Shown: positions 40,941 through 51,623, counted from the first letter of the stretch. The stretch: 64,000 bases of DNA from an uncultured delta proteobacterium (GCA_963745035.1 CAVUVW010000021.1:160001-224000); one strand, 5' to 3'. The notes: generated from the letters alone by a model not told the origin. A program made the numbers and translations.

Positions 40941-42191
40941 CGGCGACCCAAGCGGAAAAACACCACGGCCAAGCCGAGCACGACCAAGCCGACGATGGCA
41001 AAACCGATCCATCCCCAGATGGTCGGCGTCGACACGGTCACACGGAAATCCACCGACTTGTTGGCTTCGGGCGAATTGGACGTCAACGTCATCATATAGT
41101 CGCCCGCGATGGTGCGCTCCGGCGCGAGGATTTCCATCTTGATCTGGCGCACTTCGCCTGGGCCGAGCGAGTCGATCTTGTCGGGCCGAAATTCCACCGT
41201 CCATTTCTCGCTCGGCTTCTTGGTGACGAAGTTGAGGTTGCGCACCGGCGCCGTGCCGGCGTTGCCGACGACAAAGTCGATCGGCGTCTTCGTGCCGGCG
41301 ACGACCGTGGTATTGAGCGTGCCGGCCAACGAGCCCATCTTCAAATCTTGCGTGCCTTTTAGGGAGACTTTGACGCTTGTCGAAGCTTCGAAACCGCCGG
41401 CGCGGGCCTGGATTCCGACAGGATACTCTTTAGCTTCCGCGGTGGCCGGCGTGTCGACCTCCACGCTCAGCGTTTCCGAGCCGTTTTCCTTCAACTGAAT
41501 CGACGAGATCTGCTGGTCGCCGAATTGCGGTTTGAAACGAACCGTCCAGCCTTGAGGCGCTTGGGCGACGATCGAAGTCGGCAACGGCTTATTCGTTTCG
41601 TTTTTGAGATCTACGGTGAATTTGAGCGTCTGTCCCGAAGCCGTGGTCAACACCGGATATTGGCTGGTGAGCTTGATGCCGCCGGTCTCGATCTTTTTGG
41701 AAGTAACCCGGTAATTGATGGTCTCAGCGTACTGCGTAACTCCCTTGGTATCTTTGGCGGTTACTTTGATCGGATAAGTTCCCGGTTTGGTGTTCTCGGG
41801 AATTTTTGTTTTGAACTCAAGAGTCGTGGATTTGTTGGAGTTCTGATCGCCGCCCTGCACCGTTACAGAGCGCACCGGAAAGCTGGGATATCTGGAGTTG
41901 AAATTCACGTCCCATCCTTTCGGGATGGAATCAATGCTCAAAATAACTTCCACCGGGTCTTTGGTTCGGTTCACTACCTCGGCGTCCATCGTCGCTTCCT
42001 GCCCCTGACCCACAGTAAGATCCTTGAACGGCAGGATCAAATTGAATGATTCTTTGGACGGCGGACCGCTATCGGCCTTTTGTCGTTTCCGCGGCAAAGG
42101 CGTTGGCAGCCAAGCCCGTAGAGGAAAGCATGCTTACTGTGACGAGCAGTAAGAAACCTCTCAGGCACCGTCCCGTTGGACCGACCCTCAT
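40937..42191 (-). CDS. NEW3/NPCBM-associated repeated beta-sandwich surface protein with C-terminal TM (frameshift near 42075)
   Basis: Signal peptide; three repeats with N...P-x-GW...G-x-Y features; C-terminal WGWIGFAIV...FRLGRR anchor. Confidence 0.75.
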
Positions 42192-42273
42192 ATTCAACCC
42201 CCTTTTTAAAATGGCGAAAATTGGTTGCAGATAGATAATCATAAACTGTTCGACGGTCAAGGCCTTTTGCTAT

Positions 42274-42726
42274 TTATGCTTTTCCAAGCTGGCGCAATCC
42301 TTCGTAGAGCACGATGGAGACGGCATTGGAAAGATTCAAGCTGCGCACGCCCGAGCCCATCATCGGAATGCGCAGCGCGCGCTCCGCGTTGGCATCGAGA
42401 ATTTCCTGCGGCAACCCACGCGTCTCCCCACCAAAAACGAGAAAGTGGGTATCGTCGTAGCGCACAGCGGTATAGGACTTGGTCGCCCGTTTGGAAAAAA
42501 ACCACAGCGTTTTCGGTCCAGCCGTTTCGATAAAGTGACTCCACGATTTATGGACGCGCAAATCGACAAACTCCCAGTAATCCAAACCGGCGCGTTTGAG
42601 ATGCTTGTCGTCGATCTTGAAGCCCAGCGGCTCGATCAAGTGCAGCGGCGTCAAGGTGGCGGCGCACAGGCGCGCCACGCTGCCGGTGTTGGGCGGAATC
42701 TCCGGTTCGAACAAGACGATCTGCAC
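42274..42726 (-). CDS. trmL: tRNA (cytidine/uridine-34 2-O)-methyltransferase
   Basis: PEIPPNTG, KRAGLDYW and RSLNLSNAV motifs. Confidence 0.93.
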   Translation of the reverse strand: MQIVLFEPEIPPNTGSVARLCAATLTPLHLIEPLGFKIDDKHLKRAGLDYWEFVDLRVHKSWSHFIETAGPKTLWFFSKRATKSYTAVRYDDTHFLVFGGETRGLPQEILDANAERALRIPMMGSGVRSLNLSNAVSIVLYEGLRQLGKA

Positions 42727-42825
42727 GACGATTTTCGGGTCTGATACTTTGTTAGAGACTTTTTGTCGCGAAAGGTTCGCGTTCGCGCTGCCGCCGTTGA
42801 GACTCTCCGCTTCGATTGCGGCAGC

Positions 42826-43267
42826 TCAAGCGTTATCCAAAATCAAAGTCACGGGACCGTCATTGACGAGGGCTACTTTCATGCGCGCCTGGAAGCGGCC
42901 GGTGGCGACCTTCAAGCCCGCGTCGCGCAGTCGTTCGATGAAATATCGATACAGCCGATCGGCCTGATCGGCCGGCGCGGCGCCGGTGAACGACGGGCGA
43001 TTGCCCCTGCGGCAGTCGCCGTACAACGTGAACTGGGAAATCACCAGGACTTCGCCGCCGCGATCGATGATCGAAGCGGTTCATCTTGCCTTGGTCGTCT
43101 TCGAAGACGCGAAGATTTCTGAGCTTGTCGGCGAGTGCTTCGGCGTTTTTGTCGCCATCGTCGCTGCCGACGCCGATGAAAACGCATAGCCCGGCGCCGA
43201 TCTCGCCGACGATCTCTTCACCCACAGCGACGCGGGCTTCGGCGACTCTCTGCACGACGGCTCGCAC
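42826..43267 (-). CDS. dtd: D-aminoacyl-tRNA deacylase (frameshift near 43070)
   Basis: MRAVVQRV, LRVFED, SQFTL, GNRPSF and NDGPVT motifs. Confidence 0.9.
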
Positions 43268-43437
43268 GGCAATTCAACGGGTTCGCAAGCGGGGTGGGTG
43301 ACATTTTGTCATTGGCGAAATACACTCGGCTGTGTTCCATCGTCTAAAGCGTCTTTGCTTACGTGGTTAACAGAGAATGGCGACGCGCTCAACACGTCCG
43401 CGCTGAGGAACCTAGTCTATAGATTTGGATTACGCCG

Positions 43438-44186
43438 ATGCTCAACGCCACTCGTGTTCTGGTTGTGGTGACGCCGATCTTGTTAGCGGCGGGTTCGTCC
43501 GCGCTATGTGCGGCCGAACCGCGGAGCCGTGTCGCCGGCGGCGTGCCGGTTGCCGAAGTGCTGGCCAGCGTCAGCGGCACCGTGAGCGTCGCAGGGAATC
43601 ATCAACGCGCGAAGCCGCTGCCGGTTTTCAAAAACCGGTCATTCTGCGGCGCGCAAGTGCCGAACGAAACTTTGCTGGTCGGACGACACGGCGGTTTGCG
43701 AAACGCTGTTCTTACGTTCCATCCTCTCCATAGGAAGGCTGCCGCGCAGCCCATGAAGCTGGTCCTAGACAATAAACAATGCGCATTCGCGCCGCACGTG
43801 CAGGTCGCCGCCTTGGGTAGTGATTTGCTGCTCAAGAATAGCGATCCGATTCTTCACACCGTGCACGCGCGCCTGGGCAAAGAGACTTTGTTCAATGTCG
43901 GCTTGCCGAGATGGCGCCAAGTTACAAAACGGCTGGACCGGGTCGGCGTCATCAGAATCGACTGCGATGTCCTCCATACATGGATGAGCGCTGTCATCAT
44001 CGTTACCCGGACTCCATACTTTGCGATTAGCGACGAAGATGGAAAATTCATCGATCGATCAGTTGCCTGCCGGCCCATACCAAGTGGAAATCTGGCATGA
44101 AAAGCTCGGTATGAAGTCGATGAGGATGGCGGTGGATGGTGACACTATCACTCGACGTCGTCTACGCTCTGAACGGAAAATCTTAA
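43438..44186 (+). CDS. Secreted cupredoxin-like/carboxypeptidase-regulatory-domain protein (frameshifts near the 3-prime end)
   Basis: LDNKQCAFAPHV, NSDPILHTVH, CDVLHTWM, PYFAISDEDG and WHEKLG motifs. Confidence 0.7.
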
Positions 44187-44259
44187 CAGGTCGCCGTAGT
44201 GCCAGGGCCAGGGCGTCAGCACGATCTAGCCAACATCTTATCTAGATCTCATAAACGTA

Positions 44260-44272
44260 AATCAATAACTTA
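44260..44272. promoter_or_regulatory. IHF consensus site
   Basis: AATCAATAACTTA matches WATCAANNNNTTR exactly. Confidence 0.55.
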
Positions 44273-44295
44273 TAGCCTGCCGTATCTCAATATCT

Positions 44296-44434
44296 TACAG
44301 CTCTCGATTTTTATTGAACAGCTGTCTTCGAAATTCTCGTAAGCTGTACAAAATTAATAATCAGCTGTTTATCTATTGAATAAGAGCTGATTGGTTGATA
44401 GAAAACAGCTCGTGCATTGATGTTGAGAGCTGTG
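44296..44434. repeat. Phased array of seven palindromic (C/G/A)AGCT(G/C) boxes, 21-22 bp period, upstream of dndB
   Basis: AGCT at 44299, 44320, 44342, 44363, 44385, 44407 and 44428; AT-rich non-identical spacers; no off-phase AGCT. Confidence 0.88.
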
Positions 44435-44442
44435 AATAGAGT

Positions 44443-45552
44443 ATGAAACTTACTTTTCCTGTCATAAAGGGAAACATGGGCGGGCGACAGTACTATTCGC
44501 TCCTGGTTCCGCTCTCAGAGATTCCTCATTTATTCAAATTCAACGACTGGACAGGCTGTACTCCCGAATTGCAGGCGCAAAGGGTTCTGAATAAGGCGAG
44601 GGTTCCAGACATCTCAGAATACATACTCGATAATGAGAACGGATACTTGTTCTCGTCGATCACTGCTTCGTATTCGTGTCCGGTAAAGTTCGTTCCATCA
44701 GCAGATAACGCCGAAGTTGGAACTTTAGAGATGGAGCTCGAAAACCTGGAGTTTATCATCAACGATGGCCAGCATCGGTGCGCGGCGATTGCTGCGGCAC
44801 TCAAGGAGAATCCCGCGCTTGGGAAGGAAAAAATCTCGGTGCTTCTCTTTGAGACGGAAAGTTTGGAACGGCTTCAGCAGATGTTCTCGGATTTAAATCG
44901 ATTCGTGCAGCAAACATCAAAATCGTTAGGCATGCTCTATGATCGTCGAGATAATCTTTCTGCGCTCACAATGGAGCTGGCCGACCAGGTCGACGTATTC
45001 CGAGACATGGTGGACAAAGAGAAGGTGACGATTCCGCGGAGGTCCCCCAAACTTTTTACCATCTCCGCTTTATATGAAGCGAACGAAGAATTGCTGGGTA
45101 AAAAAATCGCTGAACAGGGATCATCGGTCTACGCAGAAATTCTCAGCAGGGCTGTCGACTACTGGACGGAGCTTTCGAAGGTCATTGGCGACTGGCAGAA
45201 AGTCAAGAATGGAGAACTTGGCGCTTCCGACCTCCGGCAAGAGAAGATCAATACTCATGCGGTGGTTTTGCGCGCGCTGGGAGGCGTCGGAAGGATTTTG
45301 TTCGAAAAATATCCCGGCAACTGGCGGGAGAAACTCAAGCTCCTAGAACGGCTTGATTGGCGGAAATCCGTGGATGGTAGCGCGAATCCTCTCTGGGATG
45401 CCGTATGCATCACAGCAGGCTCAGTTGTCTCCAATAGGCAGGCGCGAGCAGCTACGTTGGCAGTCTTGTTGAGAGAAATAGGCGAATCGCCAAATGGAAA
45501 AATGGCACACAAGGAATTTGCGGAGGTGACTAGTGCGCAAGCGGCTCAGTAA
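44443..45552 (+). CDS. dndB: DndB-like DGQHR-domain protein (orphan)
   Basis: AQRVLNKARVPDI, YLFSSITAS, INDGQHRCAAI, QQMFSDLNR, LYDRRD and KLFTISALY motifs. Confidence 0.88.
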   Translation: MKLTFPVIKGNMGGRQYYSLLVPLSEIPHLFKFNDWTGCTPELQAQRVLNKARVPDISEYILDNENGYLFSSITASYSCPVKFVPSADNAEVGTLEMELENLEFIINDGQHRCAAIAAALKENPALGKEKISVLLFETESLERLQQMFSDLNRFVQQTSKSLGMLYDRRDNLSALTMELADQVDVFRDMVDKEKVTIPRRSPKLFTISALYEANEELLGKKIAEQGSSVYAEILSRAVDYWTELSKVIGDWQKVKNGELGASDLRQEKINTHAVVLRALGGVGRILFEKYPGNWREKLKLLERLDWRKSVDGSANPLWDAVCITAGSVVSNRQARAATLAVLLREIGESPNGKMAHKEFAEVTSAQAAQ

Positions 45553-47467
45553 CGGAAAGCAGCGAAAAAATTCTGCCGTTGCCGATCAGCAGAAGCCTGC
45601 AGGCAGCGTTCAAAGTTCGACCGATGGCGAAATCGCGAGTCCGAGCCCAACCGAAGATTCAACCACAACTCGCCTGCGGCAATTGCTCCCTACTGCATGG
45701 AACATGATTCGACCCTACTGGTCCTCGGAGGATCGATGGGCGGCTTGGGGGCTGGTCGTCGTCGTTATAGGACTCACTCTAGCGATGGTCCACATGAGTG
45801 TTCTGTTTAATCACTGGAACAACGCCTTTTACACCGCTCTGCAGGAGAAGAACCATACAGTTTTTTCCCAGCAGCTGATCGGTCTTTCCTGGCTTGTGGG
45901 TCTGACAATTGTCTTCGCTGTTTATCAGCTTTATCTGAACCAGATGCTCGAGATCCGCTGGCGGCGCTGGCTTACGGAGCGATATCTCCGGGCCTGGCTG
46001 AGCGACGGCGCCTATTATCGGATGCAACTCGTGGCGCATGAAACGGACAATCCCGACCAGCGCATCGCTGAAGACGTTCACCTGCTCATTTCTCATACCC
46101 TGACGCTTGTCATCGGAGGCCTGCGCGCGCTGGTAACTTTGGTTGCCTTTGTGGCGATCCTCTGGGGGCTGTCCGGAACGCTCACCGTTCCGCTTCGCGG
46201 GTGGTTCTCCATTATGCTGCCCGGCTACATGGTATGGGCGGCGATCTTGTACGCGATCGGCGGCACTTGGCTCACCCACTGGATTGGCCGTCCGCTGGTG
46301 CGGCTGAATTATGACAAGCAGCGTTGTGAAGCCGACTTCCGGTTCGGCCTGGTACGCTTCCGGGAGAATACCGAAGGAGTGGCGCTCTACCGGGGCGAAG
46401 CAGATGAACTTCGCGGTTTTCGGCAACGGTTCGAGGCGGTGGCGATGAACTGGTGGGACATCATGCGTCGCCAGAAGCGGCTGACCTACTTCACTTCGGG
46501 CTACCAACAAGCGGCTTGGATTTTTCCATCGCTTGTCGCGGCGCCACGTTACTTCAGCGGCGTTCTTACTCTGGGTGGGCTCATACAAACCATCGGCGCT
46601 TTCAGTGCGGTACAGGCTTCGCTTAGCTTTTTTATCGACTCGTATAAGGTGATCGCTGAATGGTGCGCGGTGGTTGAGCGGCTCTCCGGTTTCGAGCTGG
46701 CGCTTGACCGCGTGCGCATCCAGGCGGAGACTGGCGATGGTGTCCGGCGCATCGACGGAGACGCCACCCATCTGACAGTTGAGGGTGTGGATCTCTATCT
46801 ACCCGATGGTCAGCCGCTTATCGCGGATGTGAATCTCTCGCTCTTGCGTGGAGACACAGTCCTCTTGGGGGGAGCTTCCGGTTCGGGAAAGAGTACGCTG
46901 TTCCGCGCGGTCGCCGGCATCTGGCCGTTTGGGCGTGGCGAGATTCGCGGACCCAGCGGCGCCCAAGTCCTCTTTCTGCCGCAGAAGCCCTACCTGCCGA
47001 TTGACACCCTTCGGCAAGTGGTGAGTTATCCGATGCCGGCGGGTGGGGTGGATGACGTGACAGTGCGCGAGGCTTTGGAGGCCGTGGGACTCCGTGACTT
47101 AGTCGTTCGACTCGACGAAGTTGGCCATTGGGCGCTCCAACTCTCTCCAGGTGAGCAGCAGCGCATCGCCTTCGCGCGAGCGCTGGTTCAGAAACCCGAA
47201 TGGCTCTTTCTCGACGAGGCGACATCGGCGGTTGACGAGACTACAGAGGCACGGCTTTATCGACTGGTGCGCGAACGGCTCGCGGGAACGACGGTATTCA
47301 GTGTGGGCCATCGCGCGACGCTGCGTCCGTTCCATGCTCGCCAGCTTCTGGTGCGGACCAATGGCAACGGGCCCGCCTCCATCGTGGAAGTGACGGCTGT
47401 GCCAGAGTTGGTTCGACGTGGGCCTGGCGTTTCTACGCAGGACGAAACGGTTGCGATGGCTGGATAA
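45533..47467 (+). CDS. Fused ABC transporter permease/ATPase, YddA/SbmA-BacA (ABCD-like) family; start uncertain
   Basis: IRWRRWLT, DNPDQRIAED, EADFRFGL, GASGSGKST, LSPGEQQR and LDEATSA motifs. Confidence 0.9.
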   Translation: MRKRLSNGKQRKNSAVADQQKPAGSVQSSTDGEIASPSPTEDSTTTRLRQLLPTAWNMIRPYWSSEDRWAAWGLVVVVIGLTLAMVHMSVLFNHWNNAFYTALQEKNHTVFSQQLIGLSWLVGLTIVFAVYQLYLNQMLEIRWRRWLTERYLRAWLSDGAYYRMQLVAHETDNPDQRIAEDVHLLISHTLTLVIGGLRALVTLVAFVAILWGLSGTLTVPLRGWFSIMLPGYMVWAAILYAIGGTWLTHWIGRPLVRLNYDKQRCEADFRFGLVRFRENTEGVALYRGEADELRGFRQRFEAVAMNWWDIMRRQKRLTYFTSGYQQAAWIFPSLVAAPRYFSGVLTLGGLIQTIGAFSAVQASLSFFIDSYKVIAEWCAVVERLSGFELALDRVRIQAETGDGVRRIDGDATHLTVEGVDLYLPDGQPLIADVNLSLLRGDTVLLGGASGSGKSTLFRAVAGIWPFGRGEIRGPSGAQVLFLPQKPYLPIDTLRQVVSYPMPAGGVDDVTVREALEAVGLRDLVVRLDEVGHWALQLSPGEQQRIAFARALVQKPEWLFLDEATSAVDETTEARLYRLVRERLAGTTVFSVGHRATLRPFHARQLLVRTNGNGPASIVEVTAVPELVRRGPGVSTQDETVAMAG

Positions 47468-47800
47468 TCTTACTAATATTGCGACTCTTACGATCCTGGG
47501 TCCAGTGCTGAATTCCTCGCTAGTGGGGAGTTTGCAATTCCTAAATGCACCTTTTCTGAGTGCCACTTAACGCTTCGATCGCTCTCCATAGATCCTCTGT
47601 TTTAAATTCTGGTACGTTTCGGGAGCCTGGGATACAATTTTCTAGCGGCCTGAGCTTGGAATCCAGCCGATCAGACGCATCAGAATCTTTTATGGAACAT
47701 CTATTGCCATTTCTGCTCGATTGCCGATTATGGTATAGGCAGCTATTAATCACGAGGTCGACAGTCTAGAGATTATTGGATCGAGAGGCGAAATCAACGA

Positions 47801-48790
47801 ATGAGAAGTCGGTGGTCGAGTTCATTGCGAAGATATCTACAAGGCTTCCTTGTCTGTGCGCTGTTTCCAGTTCCTTACACGTACGGAGCGGACGCACCTC
47901 AGCGTCTTGAGCCATTTCTATCTAAGAACACCCGACTGATGGTCTTTTCCCCGCATCCAGACGATGAGAGTCTGGCAGCTGCAGGTCTTATCCAGCGGGT
48001 GCTCCGCCTCGGGGGGGCGGTGAAGGTTGTGTTTATGACCTCCGGCGACGGTTTTCCTGAAGGGGTGGAAAAAGAAACCCGCATAGCCCGCCCCACTGCA
48101 CAGGATTATCGCAACTATGGAAAGCTGCGCAAAAGGGAAGCACGTCAGGCGCTTCGCACTCTGGGAATGAAGAAGGAGGATGTAGTTTTTTTGAACTTTC
48201 CTGATGGCGGCCTGCGCAATCTTCTGCAGAAGCATTGGATTGACAGGCGCCCTTATTTTCGATCTCCTTTTACACTGGAGGATCGACCTCAACTTGAGGA
48301 TACCTTGCTACCGAACATCGAATTCAACGGCGAGGACGTGAAGCGAGAAGTGGAAAAATTGCTGCTGGACTTTTATCCGTCGCTTATCGCGGTCGCTGAC
48401 GCAAGAGATCAACACCCCGATCATTGTTCAACGTACTTTTTTGTTAGCAAGGCTCTAAAGACATATAGGAAGAACTATCCCACATTTGATCCCAAGATCC
48501 TCAATTTTTTAGTTCACTTTCGTCAGTGGCCGCTTGCCAGTGGGGCAGGCAAGGGAGCCCGGCTAAATCCTCCCGAGGGCTTTCCCCAGGAGGCATCCGA
48601 ATGGGCCTCCTTGGCACTATCTGATGAGGAATTGGCCAACAAGCGAAGATGCCTCATGGAATACAATACGCAGATGCTTGTCATGGGACGCTATCTCATG
48701 AGCTTCGCTCGAGCCAACGAACTTTTTCTCATCGATCAGGAAAACGCGAACGCAGGGCCGGCGAAGATGCAATGCTTAGGTTTAAGGTAG
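47801..48790 (+). CDS. PIG-L/LmbE family deacetylase, probably exported
   Basis: SPHPDDE, FPDGGL and HPDH motifs. Confidence 0.87.
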   Translation: MRSRWSSSLRRYLQGFLVCALFPVPYTYGADAPQRLEPFLSKNTRLMVFSPHPDDESLAAAGLIQRVLRLGGAVKVVFMTSGDGFPEGVEKETRIARPTAQDYRNYGKLRKREARQALRTLGMKKEDVVFLNFPDGGLRNLLQKHWIDRRPYFRSPFTLEDRPQLEDTLLPNIEFNGEDVKREVEKLLLDFYPSLIAVADARDQHPDHCSTYFFVSKALKTYRKNYPTFDPKILNFLVHFRQWPLASGAGKGARLNPPEGFPQEASEWASLALSDEELANKRRCLMEYNTQMLVMGRYLMSFARANELFLIDQENANAGPAKMQCLGLR

Positions 48791-48885
48791 ATTACGACAG
48801 TACTCGCAATTTAATTAGTCATGAGAAAGACACAAAGTGAGTAGCGGGTGTCGCAATCCAGAAATGTTATCTTCTTTCGGCCGCA

Positions 48886-49632
48886 ATGAAATTCACAAAA
48901 GCAAATTGTTTCTGGTGGTTTTTGTTGGCCATCATTGCATGTGTTGGCTTGTTGGCCATAAGCGATGTTCGGAACATAGCGAGCGATTCTTATCGGCATT
49001 GGATCAGGGACCCGAGAGTCATTCGCGATTATCTCGAATCACATTCGGTTCGCAAATTGCACCTTGGAGCCGGTGGTAACGACCCGCGGGGATGGTTGAA
49101 TACCGATATTTTCCCCACACGTGAAGAGGTCTATCTCAATGCTAGCAAACCATATCCATTCTCAGATGGATCCTTCCAGTATGTTTTCGGCGAGCATATG
49201 ATCCAGGCGCTTCCCTGGGAAAGCGGCGTAGCAATGCTAAAGGAGTGCTATCGCGTACTTGCACCAGGTGGAAAATTGCGCGTCGTAACGCCAAACCTGG
49301 CGAAATTTTTTCAGTTGTTAATAGGGAACCCGGATGCCGACGCAAAGCAGTTCATGGAGGCGAAGATGCGATTCCATGGCTGGCCGGAGAATCCCGTGAC
49401 CGGTGCATATATCGTTAACCGACAAGTCCGTGATTGGGGTCCGTTCCTCTACGACCCGGCAACGCTACGGAAGAGTTTCGAACTGGCGGGATTCAAGCAG
49501 ATCACCGAACACCGGGTTGACGAGAAGACCGATCCTGTTTTTCGCGAGGTAGAAATTCGTACACGTAACGAAGGCTCGGATCTTTGGCTGATCAACCGTT
49601 GGGAATCGATGGCCTTCGAGGCGGTGCGTTAA
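48886..49632 (+). CDS. Class I SAM-dependent methyltransferase with N-terminal TM
   Basis: KLHLGAG...GWLNTDI and ECYRVLAPGGKLRVVTP motifs. Confidence 0.82.
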   Translation: MKFTKANCFWWFLLAIIACVGLLAISDVRNIASDSYRHWIRDPRVIRDYLESHSVRKLHLGAGGNDPRGWLNTDIFPTREEVYLNASKPYPFSDGSFQYVFGEHMIQALPWESGVAMLKECYRVLAPGGKLRVVTPNLAKFFQLLIGNPDADAKQFMEAKMRFHGWPENPVTGAYIVNRQVRDWGPFLYDPATLRKSFELAGFKQITEHRVDEKTDPVFREVEIRTRNEGSDLWLINRWESMAFEAVR

Positions 49633-49846
49633 ACTCTCACGCCACCCCAAATCGCCGACCAGACGCCAAAGGGCTGTTTCCTATTAACCGAGTTCTCGGT
49701 TGTCGCCTAGAAGGAGGTTGAATCTGAAAATAGTACATAGTGTTTCAAAGCTCGGTACGGCGGCGGAGTTCAGTGCTTACTTTGCTGACGCGCGCGGTCG
49801 GTGTCGGCTCATGCGCTTTCAAAATCGGCAGCCCGGAGTTATGGCG

Positions 49847-51539
49847 CTAGAGTGATGCTCGTTTAATGTAGGTTTCCTCCAGTTTAATTAAACCTTCTTG
49901 ATCATTGGTCAGATCGTAGACAAAAATCGAGTAGCCGATCTTTGCTATCGGTCGGCGCGTCCAAAGCCACCGAAACAGCGGATCGTCGGCGTTCGAAACA
50001 TCCTGCAAATTGTAAGCGCTGATCGCAAGGATCTTGCGGGGTGCATCGGCCGGAACCTTCTCAGGCGGGGGCGGTCCCAGGATACCTTTACTAGCGACAT
50101 CCTGGTAGCGAATGCCGTAATAAGACGGCGGAGCCGTTCCGAAATAGGACAAATAGATAATCGGCAGCTTTTCCTTTTCGATGTATGCCTTCAGTCCTTT
50201 GAGGTCTTGCCCCCAGTCCAGATTCGAATCGCTTAAGTAACGGTAACCCCGCTCCGGGCCTCCGACCGATTCATTGAAGTACGCAAGCTGATGCGGCGCA
50301 ACTGCGCAAAGAAGAGATAGCCGTCCAGACAAGTGACGATCCCAAGCAGAGACGGCGCGAGCAAAGTAGCGGCTGAAAGCGAAACGTTGCCATACGCGAA
50401 GCCAGAACGAAAAGAAACGGATAAACGGGAAGAATATGGCGGAGGCCGATATTGATCTTCGCCTGCGATATGGCAAGAAAGATCAGGATAACCGGCAGCA
50501 GAAGAAATAATGCTTCGCGCCAACGCGAGTGGACTGCCCGGCGCGGTAAAAAACCAGCGAGGCAGCGATCAGCATCAGGCTGCCCGAGCGGGTGTCTTGA
50601 TAAGAAAGACTATACAGGAAATAGCCCCACCAGCCGTGCCCAGAATACTCGCCTAACAAAAATGCCGGCACGGCCTTCTTCCGACTAAAGTCAAAAATTG
50701 CTGAAAGCCGGAAAGCCATGGCCGGAATCCTTGAAATAAATAGGCTGGCGGAATCGTCAGGCAGTGCGAAAACAAGATATTAGCGAAAGAGCCGCCGCCG
50801 CCTGGAGAAGTTTGTGCTGGGGTTTATTTGGATTCCGTGTTTCGCGGCAAGAACAGCAGGCTCACTGTTAATCAAAAGAGAAATGGTCGCGATCAGAACA
50901 ATGAGTTGGGATAACAAGAGCGCGCTGAAAATTTGGAACAAGGGCCATACCTGTAGCAGATGCCAGTGCCGACCAAAAGCTTCCAGGTGGGTGATTCATG
51001 ATACTCCCAGAAAAGATAGAGAGTAAGAAAGATAAACAGCGTGACTCCCATATCGGTTGTAACGAGGGAGGAATGGGCAACGAGATTCGGGTTCAAAAGC
51101 ACGCCATGGCCATGGCCAGTAAGCCTGCCCGACTGCCCCAAAGCCGATAAGCCCACCATCCGGTGAGCGCGATCAGAACACTCCGAGAAACAAATTAGGC
51201 AAGCGAGCACAAAGCGAGTATTTGATCGGCAGGGGGCCTCGATTTGTACAGTAAGTCCTGTCCGATCGAGTAACCGTCTGCGTCGCGCCAGTATTGGGGA
51301 TCTGGATCGGAAAGGCAGCCCGTAGGCGAGGACACCGGAAGGGCTAGAAGCTCTTTGATGAGCGGCGGGTTTCGGGCTCGATGCGAAAGTCTTTTGTTGC
51401 AAGATAGGAATAGCCTGCTGCTATATGCATCGCTTCGTCAATGGTTTGAGAGTTGGCGCGAATGAAAAACAATACCCTGCGCGAGAAAAAGGAGTAAAAA
51501 ACAAATTGCTCCGAGCAGCGCAACTTTGGCTGTGGGCAT
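49847..51539 (-). pseudogene. GT39/ArnT-PMT-like membrane glycosyltransferase, heavily frameshifted
   Basis: Fragments DEAMHIAAGYSYL, PNLVAHSSLVTTD, KFSA, GWWGYF and YFNE...DSNLDWGQDL in several frames. Confidence 0.7.
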
Positions 51540-51623
51540 CAAGCCGCTCTTAGATGCAGAGCGCGGGAAGCCGGGCTTGTGAGGGGTGGGCTGGCTGACA
51601 TCGTGACATCGTGGTCCGGTCAA

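Noticed and set aside
44296-44434. AGCT array as a CRISPR or mini-CRISPR array
   Set aside because: The conserved core is only 4-8 bp, the period is 21-22 bp, and no cas genes are present.
44260-44442. Iteron plasmid replication origin
   Set aside because: The period and IHF site fit, but iterons are long, near-identical, asymmetric direct repeats and no Rep gene is present; these boxes are short palindromes.
49686-49701. Inverted repeat AACCGAG-TT-CTCGGTT as an operator
   Set aside because: It lies between convergent gene ends, has a single copy and no candidate regulator.
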